NCBI RefSeq assembly: GCF_041956535.1 | Contig: NW_027192201.1 | Coordinates: forward strand, 548,206-612,205 | Source of the DNA: Calcarisporiella thermophila CBS 279.70 | Lineage: Eukaryota > Fungi > Calcarisporiellomycota | Direction of reading: 5' to 3' | DNA length: 64,000 nucleotides | Part shown: positions 23,934 to 37,567 of the stretch, piece after piece | How positions within the stretch are numbered: the first letter of the stretch is position 1 | Layout of the letters: every line of letters begins with the position of its first letter | Position numbers and translations under genes: made by a program | Notes under the pieces: generated by a model | Told to the model about the DNA's origin: nothing | Databases searched by the model: none | Seen by the model: only the letters and a program-made list of their open reading frames with translations

Positions 23934-26290
23934 ATGTCGAGATTTCTTACAAGAATGTCTCAAATGGCAAGTCAAAAAACTGGCGAAGTTAAAATGTCAG
24001 TAGTAAATTTGTTGAAGTTTATGATTCCAAATATTTAATTTATTTCTCAACAGTCATCGAGTGAACACCCAGTCGCTCGTAGGATGCCGGCATTCTTCGA
24101 CCTCCTCCCAGCTTAACAAATATAGCTCAAAAATCACCCAGCCTAAAGCCCAGGGTGCAGCACAGGCAATGTGTAATTATCTTAATATTTTCTACTGATT
24201 ATTTTCGAGGTAATTAATATTTGCATTAATCTTGATCTTTTAGTGTACGCTACTGGTCTAAAGCCGGAGGATATGAATAAGGCACAAGTAGGAATTTCAA
24301 GCGTGTATGGATTACTCATATTCCAGTCTCTACTTTCGTATATTAACTTTCAGACTATAGGTGGTATGAAGGCAACCCATGCAATATGCACTTGCTTGAC
24401 CTGGCTGCTCAAGTAAAAGAAGGCGTACAAAAGGCTGGTCTCATTGGGTACCGCTTCAACACGATTGGCGTCAGCGATGCTATTGGAATGGGTACGCGTG
24501 GAATGTGTTTTTCACTCCAGTCTCGAGATTTGATTGCTGATTCAATTGAAACGGTACGTTTATGATTCACAATCATCAAGAAGTAAACATTTTATTAAAC
24601 CTTTTCTTTAGGTAATGAGTTCTCAGTGGTACGACGCCAACATATCAATTCCAGGTAATATTGCAATAGTATTGTGTTTTTTGTTTATTTATATCCTGAC
24701 TCTCTACCCAGGCTGTGATAAGAATATGCCGGGTTGTCTGATTGCTATGGCGCGTCTTAATCGTCCATCGCTTATGGTTTATGGTGGCACTATTCGCCCA
24801 GGAAGATCCTCCTGCCACCCGGAAAAATCTCTTGATATTGTATCTGCTTTTCAATGCTATGGAGAATATTTATCCGGGGCCATCTCAGAGGAGGAGCGCG
24901 CAGATATTGTAAGGCATGCATGCCCTGGTGCTGGCGCCTGTGGTGGAATGTACACCGCCAACACGAGTAAGTTACTCATTTTTGAATTTTAGCGTTTCTC
25001 TCTTGATAATCTAAATTTTATATTGGTGCAGTGGCGAGCGCTATTGAAGCTATGGGTATGGCACTTCCATATAGTTCATCTACACCAGCGGAATATCCTG
25101 AGAAAAAAGCAGAATGTCTCAGGGCGGGTGAAGCAATTCGCAACCTGCTCGAAAGAGATATTAAACCAAAAGACATAATGACGCGTGAGGCGTTTGAAAA
25201 CGCAATAACTCTTACCATGGCCCTTGGAGGTATACATTATAGTTTTTTCAGTTGAATAGATATTTAAATTATACTTGCAACATTAGGTTCAACTAACGCG
25301 GTGCTTCATTTGATCGCCATCGCTAGAGCATTGGAGGTTCCGTTAACTCTGGAGGACTTCCAGGCAATTAGTGATCGTACCCCTTTCCTCGCAGATTTGA
25401 AGCCAAGGTATATTATCTTCATATAATCAAATTGATTGTTTTCACGGTTTCACTACATATCAATGTCACCTCATATTTAGTGGTAAATATGTAATGGAAG
25501 ATTTGCACAAACTGGGCGGTACACCGGTAGTGCTCAAGTACTTGCTTGAGAATGGAATGATCCATGGAGACTGTCTCACTGTCACCGGTAATACTCTCGC
25601 AGAAAATCTCGCTGAAGTGCCTTCACTAGGCGAGCAACAAATTATCCGCCCGCTTTCAGATCCAATCAAGAAGACGGGCCATCTGCAAATCCTTCGTGGT
25701 AACCTTGCGCCTGAGGGCTCAGTTGCAAAGATTACAGGCAAGGAGGGGCTCCAATTTGAAGGAACAGCTCGTGTGTTTGAGGGGGAAGATGACTTCAGCG
25801 CTGCAATGGAACGCAATGAAATTCCGCGAGGTGAAAAAACAGTGGTTATCATTCGCTATGAAGGACCTAAAGGTGGACCCGGAATGCCCGAAATGTGTAT
25901 GCATATTACTGTCTATTTGTTGCATATACATATTATTCATTTTTACTTTGTTCGATAGTGAAACCTACCTCGCTTATCATGGGCGCTGGTCTAGGAAAGG
26001 ATGTTGCCATGCTTACAGACGGCCGTTTCTCTGGTGGATCTCACGGTTTCATTATTGGGCATATAACTCCTGAAGCGCAGATGGGTGGCCCAATTGCATT
26101 GGTTCGCGATGGAGATCGTATCACGATTGATGCCGAAAAGCGAGTCATCGACCTTCATGTGTCTGAAGAGGAGATGTCCAAACGTCGCAAGGAGTGGGTT
26201 GCACCCCCTTTCAAAGCTAAAAGAGGAACCCTTTACAAATACATTAAGAATGTCAAGACTGCCAGCGAAGGCTGTGTCACAGATGAGTAG
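23934..26290 (+). CDS. ILV3: Mitochondrial dihydroxy-acid dehydratase, multi-exon
   Basis: [78 protein letters not shown]. Confidence 0.97.
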
Positions 26291-26398
26291 ACTTTTATTC
26301 AACCAGTCATTTTAATAAATTCACGCCACAATTCACCACTAAAATTAAAGTCTCTCAATATTCAAATTATCAAATATCGCTAAAGTGTCTATGTGTCT

Positions 26399-28350
26399 AT
26401 GGAGTTAAATAATATAAATTCGAGATTAACAAGTTGGCTGGTAGGGCAATGGCTAGCGAGTGCGTCCTTTGGCCGATACGTGCGAGGCGTATTATTACTC
26501 TTGTGTGTGATTTTTCTTTGGGTATCGTCATCCTTCATAATGAATGACATATTTCAAGACCAAAGCTTCAATAAACCGTTTTTTGTCACGTATATAAATA
26601 CCAGCGTAATTACCAAATCATCCTTCTTATAGAATGATATCAAATTAATGCTTTGTTTTCTAATAGTCGTTTTCATTTTACTTCATCTTGTTCGCATTGG
26701 GCGACACGTTGAATTGTCAACGAAGAAGAAAAGCATATGAGGTGCTTGATGATGAAGAGAATCAGTAACTATTTTTTATCGAAGCTATGTCTTGAACATT
26801 ATCTGATATTGAATTCAATAGTAGGCCTCAAACTCTTAGAGACAGCGTAGATTCACGGGTAAGTTTTTTTTTTCAATAATAAAATATATGTTTTCGGTGT
26901 CCTATTTGTATCCTTTTCATTCCCTAATTCGTGGTTCCTTTTACTCTCCAGGCCTCCAACGAAAGTTTAGTAGGGGCAGTAGTGAAAGCTGTTGTTGATG
27001 TTACCAAAGCCAAAATCAGGCACCGTCTGCAAAGACACAGAGAACACAGTCAAAATGTGTCTGATACCCCAACCCATGTAGATACTGATTTGGCTTCTAT
27101 GGAGAAGTTGACATTGCGGGAGGTGAGTATTTTAGAATTTCGAAAGTCCCTTTATTAGCTGCTAGCTCTAATACTTATTCTGTTTCAGCACTCATGTTTG
27201 GGAGCAATGTTTTGCTCACTATGGTTTCTCGCTAACTGGGCTTCCAACGCAAGCCTTGCATACACCACGGTGGCTAGCTCCACTATCTTATCATCGATGT
27301 CTGGTACTGAAATGTCCATGAAATGAAGTATTTTTATCTTTTACTTATCAGCTGACCTCCATTATGCTCTAATAGGTTTTTTTACCCTACTGATTGGAGC
27401 TGTGGTAGGAGTTGAAAGATTCAGTTTAACTAAGCTTCTAGCTGTACTAGTCAGCATCCTTGGAGTTATATTGGTTTCGACTTCAGACAATTCCCACGCA
27501 TCTGATAGTACACAGAAAAATAATGCACCCTTTGCATTATTTGGAGATTTTTTGGCTCTTACAGGGGCATTTTTGTATGGAGCGTATATTATCTTACTTA
27601 AAACTCGTAAGTAGGAGTGAATATCTTGTCGCACGCTCCAAAGCTAATTTATAAAGTTGGGTGTTCTATAGGGATTAGAGATGAAAGTCGTATTGATATG
27701 CCGCTTTTTTTCGGATTCGTCGGAATCTTCAACATCTTGATGCTTTGGCCGATGTTTATTGTTCTCCATTATGTTGGCCTTGAAAAGTTTGGGTTACCAC
27801 CCTCAAGCACCGTGTGGATGATGGTCTTGATTAATGCCTTTTTTGGAACCTTTTTGTAACTATTGTATTGCTGTGAAAACATATTCTCTGACATTTTACG
27901 CTAACTATTTTACTACGTAGATCCGACTATCTATGGTTGCTCTCTATGCTCAAAACTTCACCTTTGGTAGTCACGCTAGGTCTTTCCCTAACGATTCCCC
28001 TCGCACTTATTGGCGATACCATCTATAAGCATATCTCCCTTGGGATTGCATACTATTTTGGTGCAATCCTTGTTCTCGTTGCTTTCATTACGGTGAATCT
28101 GGCCGCTCTTACCGAATCCTTGAACTGGGCGGCAGACCCGACAAATGCTGCATCTACAGTGGCTGCATCACTACTAGACGCTGCCGAAGAAACTATTTTA
28201 AAAGAGCATCAGAGGGAAACTCAATTAACTCGCGGAGAGTCTAGTCACCGCCCTGTACTCCATTCTCCTCCTTCATCCAGCTCAAGCAGATCCTCAATAA
28301 GCGCCAACGATCTGCTAAAATATGTGGTCAACAGTGTTGATCAGGCATAA
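26399..28350 (+). CDS. EamA/SLC35F5 (Thi74-like) transporter, multi-exon
   Basis: VIFLWVSSSFIMN, FNKPFFVTYINTS, WFLANWASNASLAYTTVASSTILSSMSG, GDFLALTGAFLYG.Y, TSPLVVTLGLSLTIPLALIGD. Confidence 0.9.
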
Positions 28351-28553
28351 TTTTACTGTTACGAGTAATATGTTGATGCTGCTTCTTTCTGTAAAAATAT
28401 CTTAAATTTGATCGTTATGCTTTTATTTTTGCAAATATATACTAATCAAAAACAAAAATGATACAAAAACTTTACAAAGAAGAAAAAAGAATATAAACCC
28501 GTAACCTGAGTAAATAAAATTAAAAATTGTTACATGCTAAAATGGGCAAAATC

Positions 28554-30044
28554 TCAAAATGGTCCACCTAAATCATCGCCTTTGTTACCGAGTAACGCCA
28601 ATGCAGCAATGGCATCCTGTTCGCTTCTACCTATGCTCTGGGAATGTTGTGCTGAAGGTAGTGAGCAATTAATAGTTGAGTGAGTGTCCGACAGATGCTC
28701 AACTGAAGATGATCGAGAACTTTGAAGTGAGAAACATGAAGGGGAGCGTGGGGTTTGGAGATCATACACCATTGTCTCTGCCGCAGATCGCTGTGCATTC
28801 TCGATTTCCAGTTCAATTCCTCCACCTGCTAGCCTGCGTTCACGCTCCTCCTCCTCCAGCTCAGCCATAGGTGATAGTCGTGGGTAGTGTACGGATGAGC
28901 GCCGAGCAGAAAGGCGTGGAGTTTGAAGCATAGGGCACGCTATATACACACTTTTATCAGAGCGCTGGGTGGGGTATTTTATACCACGCTGACGCTGATA
29001 CCAATGAAAGTAGTCGTGAAGAGGTCCAGATACCGAATGCCGCCGTCCGTTTAATTGTTGAGGTCCTAATTCTCGCCAATCTTCCTCTTCGGTGGAAGAT
29101 GAGCTAGGTGTGCCGCACTGCATATCGTCCATATCTGCGACGAGATCTTCTTTTTCAAACGGAGACCGATCCATCCACCAGTAGCTTGGAGTTTTAACTC
29201 TTTTGGCTGGTTTATGCGGAGTTTCTTTGGGCGAAGAGTTATCTTGGCTATCAGATCCAGAGCTAGGTGGAGTGGCAAAAGTAAAAAACCGTTTCTTTGG
29301 TGGAAGTGTAGAAGTTGAAGGTTCCCCATCTGCATTTTGATAAGTGTTTTGCACAGGATCAATCATCTCGTCCAGTTCGATGTCCTCAATGCCAGAATCA
29401 ATCGTCGAGTGCACAGGACTGGCTTTTTCTGCTGTATTTTTATCACAGTTATCCATCGTAGTTGAACCGCCAAAACTATACATAGGGTTCTCGGGTTTTC
29501 TAGAGGTTGCTATATCATCGTCCTCATCAACGACACTAATCTCAACATCTTCATCTTCCTCATCTTCTACTTTTAATTCGGGTTTCTTCGATTTTTCATC
29601 TCTATCCAAGTACCAGCTCTTTTCTGTGATCTCCTCCCGAATCTTAACCGATCCCGTAATAAAGTCTGCTGATGGCTTTTTATGCGGCAGAAACGTCCAT
29701 GTTCCTCGAGAGACATTGCTAAAACAATCATACTGTTGCAAAGTTTCACGCATGCGCTCCTGAACTGTTTCCGAACGCTCACTCCGTAAACGTGGATACT
29801 GGTCAAGTAAATAGCGCTTTAGCTCCAATTCACGATAGGTAAGAGTACGATCGAAATCATGCTCAAACGCATTAATTAGCATGGTAAGCCACGAATCGGT
29901 GGTAGAGTCAACCGAAGAATGGCCATGGATTGACTGCTGCTGCTGACGGGATATTTTCCTTACTGATCTGGACTTCGAGTTCTTTCTCACTCCTTTGTAA
30001 ATAAATTTAGACTTGGGCGAGATCCTTAATTTTGGTGATACCAT
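28554..30044 (-). CDS. Probable Stb3-like (Sin3-binding) transcriptional regulator, single exon, 496 aa
   Basis: Winged-helix-like segment ending FSNVSRGTW; STEEEDWRELG and C-terminal EQDAIAALALL resemble recalled Stb3-family motifs. Confidence 0.6.
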   Translation of the reverse strand: MVSPKLRISPKSKFIYKGVRKNSKSRSVRKISRQQQQSIHGHSSVDSTTDSWLTMLINAFEHDFDRTLTYRELELKRYLLDQYPRLRSERSETVQERMRETLQQYDCFSNVSRGTWTFLPHKKPSADFITGSVKIREEITEKSWYLDRDEKSKKPELKVEDEEDEDVEISVVDEDDDIATSRKPENPMYSFGGSTTMDNCDKNTAEKASPVHSTIDSGIEDIELDEMIDPVQNTYQNADGEPSTSTLPPKKRFFTFATPPSSGSDSQDNSSPKETPHKPAKRVKTPSYWWMDRSPFEKEDLVADMDDMQCGTPSSSSTEEEDWRELGPQQLNGRRHSVSGPLHDYFHWYQRQRGIKYPTQRSDKSVYIACPMLQTPRLSARRSSVHYPRLSPMAELEEEERERRLAGGGIELEIENAQRSAAETMVYDLQTPRSPSCFSLQSSRSSSVEHLSDTHSTINCSLPSAQHSQSIGRSEQDAIAALALLGNKGDDLGGPF

Positions 30045-30562
30045 GTGAGATTACAATTCAGTGTGAGTTTAAGAAATGTACAGAAGTCATTCCTAATGAT
30101 CACAGAAATAGCAAGGTAAAAGGAAAGAAAACAAATAAATTGCTTAAGATTACGGTTCGAATCAGAAATAATGAGAACGTCTTAGATATATAGACTTTTC
30201 CAAGATACCGTCAACAGCAATAAGCATCACGGTGGCTTAAAATAAAAATAAATTGGATTCGATTTTGAAAAATTCTCCAAATTTTCGATTTTACGCACAT
30301 ATTAGGAAATTGAGATTTCAATTTGTTATCAGGAAGGAGGGTATTGGTGCTGGTCAGCTCTATTAGACTTGGCATTGTATGGTACGTATTACACGATTTA
30401 ATATTAGCAGCTAATATTAACAAAGAGCCATGCTATATTAATTTATTTCCGGGCATAGCACATTTAGAATCGCAAAGTTCCCAAAAATCATAATTTCTCG
30501 AGCTCTGCTAAAAGGTTGCAAGCTCCCGATAAGGCATACATATGTACAGCTTAGTTTAGGCT

Positions 30563-33436
30563 CTACTCCTTGTTACTTAGCACACGATCGAGATGGAATG
30601 CAGCACTAATATGAGAGACTGAGAAACATAAAGGAATTAATTGCTGGCTCCTTATTTTTACAAATTAAAGCCTCTACATACTGTGTGTGAATGCCTGAGG
30701 CATATTTCCTAGGAGCTCTCCCGAACGAGCTACTTCCTCTGAGAATAAGCCAAGCGGTGTTGCATATCCCATCATTTGCTCAAATATAAGAAGGGCCTGG
30801 GATAACAGCTTACGATCATATTTCCCAGCACGCGTTAAAGCCTCTACTAGCCAGAAAGTGCACATACTGAACGACCCTTCTTCGCCGCTCAGACCTTAAG
30901 TCATAAAAAGCTCAATGAAAAACCAAATATTAAATAGGTCATTAATACCTACCATCATCGGTCGTTAAAACGTTATACCGAAATACGAGATTGTTCACAA
31001 GAAGGCCGCCTATCCAAGAAGAAAAATGTGCGTCAATTTATCTGCGTCTCAATCAAGGCTTTTATGCGGACCTACCTTTCTCTGGTGGCTTCATAATCTG
31101 CTCTACTGTGCTCAAAAATCGAGGGTCGCTTGGGCTAAGGAAGAACACGAGGGGCATGATCAGAACACTTGCATCTACTGCATCACGAGACTCATAAGAT
31201 TGTGAGAAGATGCCAAGTTTGGGATTCCATCCAATGGTCATAACTTCCTATTTTCGACAATACAATGAAAATCTAAGATCTTTAATAGCAGATGAAAATC
31301 AAAGAGCCCTATACCTCGAATATTTCATCCCGTACTGCCATCCACCTAAAGCGATCGGGACAAGGAAGGGTGCGTTTTTCTGATAGTCTAATACCTGTTA
31401 CGAGATAGATATCAGCTCTTGCTCTTTACAATTGATGGTTGTGCATCCAACCTCGATCTACAGCAACCCAGCACAATACTTTGCTGTATATGAAATTTTG
31501 TTGCATCCCACGTACTTCCCAAATCGACATATCTTTGCGTTTCCAATTATCACAAACGTAATTCACGATACGCCTTATATAGGTCCAAATTTGATAGCTT
31601 ATAGGGGTTCCCCATTTATTATAGAGATATATGCCATCTAGCAGTTCTCCATATATATCGAGTTGCAAATGGTCATATGCTCCATTGCCAATGCGTACGG
31701 GACGAGAGCCACGATAACCCTCCAAATGATCTAACACTACCTCGGTAAGCTCATGCTCCCCCTCAATTCCATACATGATCTGAAGAGAGCCGTCATTCTA
31801 AAGATATAAATGTTTATATTTAGCGTAATCGTTTGGGAGGAGGGAAGGAGGCAGAAGGTTAGATAAAGAAGTAATACCGATTCAGCGCAGCGTTTCTCAA
31901 TAAAATTCATATAAGCGTTGGCTTCGTCAGTTAAACCCAGTCGAAGGAGGGCATATATCGTGAATGCGGACTTAAAATAGATGTCAATTAACTGACTCTC
32001 ACCCCAGACTAATATGCAAATGAATACTCACATCTCGAAGCCAGACATAGCGATAATCCTTAACGCAACAAGTATATTTAATATGAAGTTTACTTTAGGG
32101 ATCAATACTATAAACTTACCCAATTTCTTTCTCCTCCAATTTCCTCTGGAAGCCCAAAAGTCGCGGCGGCAACCACTGCGCCTGTTGGCTCATAAGCCAA
32201 TAATTTTAATGTGAGAGCACTTCGTTGAACAGACTCTCTCCAGCGGCCGGTATATCGACATCGACCAATCCACTCTTGCCAGTAACCCAGAGTCTGGCGG
32301 AAGAGGGCCTCAATTAATTCAGAGCTAAGGGGCGGATCAGTGCTCTGGCGCGGTACAAGAGTCGGTTTGCCGAACCTAGAATCCACCACATAGTCCGAAT
32401 TGGTCACCATTCTTAGCGAATGCTGACTCTCAGCCAAGTGGTAAATGCGATCTTGCAACCCCTCTTTCTCCCCTTCTCTGTTTGTACTCTCTTGAGGGCG
32501 ACCCTCGTCCTTCAAATTACTATTGAGTGCGGTAGGGGGAACCTCACGAAAAATGAAGATGATCTCCTGGGTCTCTCGAAGAGTAATCTCTGCAACCACC
32601 CCCTTGCCCTTATGACCAAGGTGAGATCTGTCCTCAAGTTTTAACTCCACGTGTGGTTTATCCCCTTCGCCGCACCGTACAAAATAACGCAAATCCATTA
32701 CAAGTCCCTGGGACTTAAATACAGTCCGCTGGTCCCCGACAAAAGAATTGCAGCAAATGCTGGTGGTAGTGTATGGTTCTATGATGGTTTCGTGGGGGTC
32801 TCTAGCGTAATTAAAAGCTGGAAAGCATTCCACGCGGAAAGTGAATTCCCCACGATTAACTTGGACATGTCTGATTAGCCAATGTTGTAATGGCTTAGAT
32901 GAAAGACGCTAAAGAGTACAAAGTCGATCTTCCTGAATTCAAATAAATTAGTAGAAATAGAAACTTGCCTGGCTTCTCAGTGGAATGTGCATGTAATCCA
33001 TGACATGGCCACCTCCTTTTTCACTTAGATAGCGTGTAAGCAGTATGTTGCTATTAGGAAGATACTGCTGTTTGATTCGAGTTTCGTCGGTGGGAGCAAT
33101 ATAGAAATGGCCGCCCTATACAAAACGCGTTATCTCAAATGAATTTGTTCGAAGAGGCCAATTAGCGATCTACCTTGTTCTTGTCGAGAAGGCGCGCAAA
33201 CAAGCTTGGGCTGTCGAATTTCGGATAGCAAAAGAAGTCCACGGAGCCATTCCCGACGAGGGCACAGGTACGGAGGTTGCCGATAATCCCATAGTTTTCA
33301 ATAGGCAGATAGCCTTGAGCGCTGCATTAGAATCTAATTCAAATCCAGAGATATAGAATATATCACCTCTCTCACGGAGCTCATGCACGACCTTTATCGC
33401 ATCATCTGAGTTGACGATGGTTTCTTTTTGGGACAT
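30563..33436 (-). CDS. Glycoside hydrolase family 15 (trehalase/glucoamylase-like, no signal peptide), multi-exon
   Basis: [99 protein letters not shown]. Confidence 0.95.
32909..32968 (-). other. GC-AG intron in the GH15 gene
   Basis: CAG|GCAAGT...CTTTAG|CGT; in-frame TAA inside, so splicing is required. Confidence 0.8.
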
Positions 33437-34689
33437 TGTTAGGCGGCTGGCAATAAGTGTGAAAACACGAGAGGTTTTCTTCGGCTGGAAATCGAAGAGG
33501 CGAGTGAGAATGTGGCAAATTTCGAGGGCTTTTACGCTTTCTTTTTACCCCCGCACGAAACTATCTGACTAATAATCGATGCCCTGACTAATCACTCCTA
33601 GGCATCCGCTGCAGTCCGTTCCTTCGCTGGCTCTCCGCAATCTGCGTGCATCGACACGCCTGTCTCCACAGCCTCTGCTGCCAACGAGTGTCGTCTTGCT
33701 CCCGCTCGCGATATCGATGTCCTGCGCCAGCTGGATCGGTTTGCCAAACCTCCTACTCGAAATAGCAGTGGGCAATCGGAAGGTATCACAGCGGTAACAA
33801 AGCTCTACGGAAATTCGTCAGGCGGAGCAGAACGAGCTGGCCAAAAATAGATCATGATTAGTCGGCCGCAACGGCTGTGTGCGCTGTCGCATATAAAACA
33901 TTAGGCTTATGAAGCCTCTTTGTCCGTGCCCAACACTCAGACGTATGAATTTGCCGGATCATAGCTAATTGGCCGTAACGATCGCGCGTATCCTCTATCA
34001 TTCGTTAGGTTCAGAAAGTGAAAAGGGATCTATAGCATATTCAGTATCCTATTACTCCATATCAGAGCTATAAAACTTTTAACTTCTATATAACCAACAA
34101 TTAGACTAGAAAATCATTTCAGCCGAATCTCCAGGCATCGTAGAAGACAAACCCAACTCAACTACCCACAATTTTAAACCATGCTTTAACTCTATTGTGT
34201 CTACTTAAATAGAATATACAGTTCTTATCTCGTAGTACATAAATCGATGTTGACTAACCTCTATGTGTGATGAACTTTACTCTTGCAAATAGATTCAGAT
34301 TTCTTTTTTTTATCTTACATGTTTGCCTTATTAAAGCATGAGGCCATTCTAAGCATTACCAACTATAATAAACTTACTATGTGATAGCATATTATACTCA
34401 AGGTATATCAATAGATTAGGTACAAATAATCCTTGCATTCTCCTTGTTATTTAATGCACTCCTAGTTTTGTCTTTGGTTATATGTTATATTTTCGCATTC
34501 AACTCTGGACTTTATTCTTAATAAGTTACTGCTACAATTTGAGCGAGTTATTTGTGGCTTGAATTCATGTCGAAGATAAAGTATTAAAGAAATATCGAGA
34601 TCAAGTGTAGCAAACTGTGAAAAATCTTTGTACTTTTTACTCATTTCTTTTTCCTCCCTCCCTCGTTTTATATTGTGAGTTATTATAAG

Positions 34690-35717
34690 ATGCCAAGTGA
34701 AAATCCCGTAGTTTTTTTTGATATATCAATTGGCGATGTTCCGCAAGGACGTATAAAAATGGAGCTATTTGCTGATGTGTGTCCAAAGACTGCAGAAAAC
34801 TTCAGGTGAGATATGACCCTTTCTGGAGGCGATAAACGTGCAAATCGATAAACTCTTTATGCTTGTAGACAAATGTGTACCGGAGAATTCAAGTAGGCTG
34901 TTCTTTAAATATTCATACTGGCGCGTTTCTTAATCTATTTTTCATATTTAGAGTGAATGGAAAGCCGACAGGATACAAAGGTTGCTCATTTCATAGGTAG
35001 TATAATATTTTTAATCCCTGTACTACAATTACGATATAAATATCTTATGCATGCTAGAATTATCAAAGATTTTATGGTGCAAGGGGGTGACTTTGTTAAG
35101 GTAGTTAGCATTGACTGCGTTAGCATCAAATATCTCCATAATAATAATAATTTTAATGGAAAAATAGGGTGATGGAACGGGATCTCTTAGTATCTATGGT
35201 GAGACATTTAGAGATGAAAACTTTACGATGAAGCACACTGGTCCTGGCTTATTATCGATGGTATTGTAACATAAAATGAAAATATGTAAGTTTATTTAAC
35301 TTTTTCTTTCTATTCATGTTGATTAGGCAAATTCGGGACCTAATACAAACGGTTGCCAGGTAAAGTGGAATGTAAATCACTATTTTCAACTTGCTTTATT
35401 AATAGGATTATGTCTATTGCAGTTTTTCATAACATGCGCCAAATGCGATTTTTTGGATGGAAAACACGTAGTTTTTGGCAAATTGGTGGATGGGCTATTA
35501 ACACTTAGAAAGATTGGTAAGTCCACCCATCCAAAACTTTTCAAATTTCAGCTCTCATAAACTCTTGTCCGGTTTCCAGAAAACGTTCCAACCGGACAAA
35601 ATTATCGTCCGAAGTTGCCTGTTGTGATTACAGGTAGAGATTATGATTTATATTACCTTCTACTTTGCAATATTTCTCACTTGACTTATTTTTTTCAAAG
35701 AATGTGGAGAGATGTAA
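34690..35717 (+). CDS. PPIH: Cyclophilin H (U4/U6 snRNP PPIase), about 9 exons
   Basis: [77 protein letters not shown]-terminal ECGEM. Confidence 0.93.
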
Positions 35718-37324
35718 TGCATATTAAGAGCCCGGGCAATTTAATCCTAGTGGTGCTGGTGCACAAAATTTTTCTTGATATATATATAAAATCTAGATAT
35801 CACTATTGAATCGTTAGATTAATATAAAATAATAGTTGCTTTCACTTTACGCCTTTGTCATAGTCAAATTCAGATTGATATCTTGTAAAGATCAAACATT
35901 AAAGCATGTCACGCTGAAACTAGGGCTATTGACAAGTCCAGCATTTTGTACTTATTTTTCACCATTTAGCATGCCTGAATATATGTTGAATGTATGCTGA
36001 TTGAATCGCATTTCCCCCCTCTTATATAGTTGTTAGATCTGCCCAATTCAGTTGTGGGATGGTTTAAATATTCTATAATTTGGAAAATAATAGACAGTTA
36101 GTTTAACAAATAACTTAAGACTTGGTTGGCCAAATTTTTGCCAATCCAGTGTATATCAAGCAATTTCCAAATGAAAAAATCAGCTCTGGCCTGTCTTGTG
36201 AGGTGGAGATAACTTTGAATTTCATATGGATAAAGAGACTATCTTACTCCTATTCAAGACTATGAAGAGCGATCAATGGAAAGCCTGGAATAATATATAC
36301 AAGGTTCTCGAGATCAATTGAATCTTGGCTCTCATCGACAAGCTTTTGCAAAAATTATTTTATTAATAAATTTTCATGCCCTACTCATCTTTCCCAGTGA
36401 AAATAATGAATTTAACAGACACACTCTCTACTGCTTCATCTTTGGACGGAATATCGTTTTATTGTTGCGCGAAGAGTTTTTATATTCGTCACAGTTATTG
36501 TATCTAAAATGTGTACGTCAATGGATGAGTTGATATATTCTTTCCTTTGAGAATCCCTTTATTTTCAGCAGGATTTCTCTCATATATCTAATGTTCAATA
36601 CGGGTAATAGTAAAACTGAATCTGGTCAACTAAAATTGGAATCCAAGTATATGGCAGTCCTTTACTTGCAGCTATCGTTATCTTTGCTCTTGAGCATTCG
36701 AATTTCGATCTTGGTTTTGGATTGGATTTGAGTTACGTTTTACACTATGGGGTCTATTCAAGAAGCAATCACAATATTACTAATAACTGGAAAGCAATTA
36801 GAGCTAATGATCTCAAGAATCGATTGTTTTTTCAAGAATACTTCATGCCAAGTTCTGGTTCTACATAACCCCCATTTATTCCCAATATCCTTAGTAAAAA
36901 CGGATATGATAGGGAATAAACACTTTGTTTTGTTTTTGTTTTCTTTTAAAATATTATCAAATGTTATTTTCATATATTTTTATCGTCAGAGCTGTATTTA
37001 AATGTGAATCCAACAAAATGTGTGACCGCTGCTATAATCTTCATTGCAACCCACAATCTGTGCAGAGAATTATATTCTAGATAAATTGTCCGCAGCAGTT
37101 CATTTGTAATACTTTGCGTTCTTGTCCAGGGGAGTATTATTGACCTTACAATGAAGGTTGCTGAGAAGGTCATATGCTGAATCTTTTAAGACCTTGGATT
37201 AAAATTTTTGGAATTACAATTCCAATAGGAAGAATCTTTATATTCGTTATGATAAAAACAATATTACCCTGTTACTTATACAACATGAAAAATTAACAGA
37301 GTTCTCGAGCAATTAACTAAATCA

Positions 37325-37567
37325 TTAGCTTCTTTCCCTCTTCTGTTCCTTTTCAGCTGATTGTTGATCATGTAAATTCAGCTCCTTTGGGTTATTTTGA
37401 TTCTCTCGCTTCTGGAGCTCGTAGTCAGCAATTAAACTGTCAAGTCTTTTATTGAGAGTGTCTGCTCGTGACTCTAATTCGCCAAGTGCATTATGAGTAA
37501 CATCTGGATGTTCTTTTGCTTCATGGACGTCAATGGAACTTTTTCGTTGAGGCTTTTTGGATGACAT
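37325..37567 (-). CDS. 80-aa coiled-coil microprotein (possibly UPF0184/bublin-like)
   Basis: ATG in A-rich context, protein-like composition, heptad NALGELESRADTLNKRLDSLI. Confidence 0.6.
   Translation of the reverse strand: MSSKKPQRKSSIDVHEAKEHPDVTHNALGELESRADTLNKRLDSLIADYELQKRENQNNPKELNLHDQQSAEKEQKRERS

Noticed and set aside
26908-26917. GTATCCTTTT inside a Thi74-like intron as a fourth U12 donor
   Set aside because: The upstream GTAAGT donor already gives the correct frame, while this site would retain stop-containing intron sequence; chance or vestige
26290-28400. TPP riboswitch associated with the Thi74-like transporter
   Set aside because: No CTGAGA plus conserved P4/P5 signature found in introns or UTRs
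35900-37300. Stop-riddled protein-like fragments in an AT-rich spacer
   Set aside because: Probably a decayed gene or TE, but no motif could be assigned
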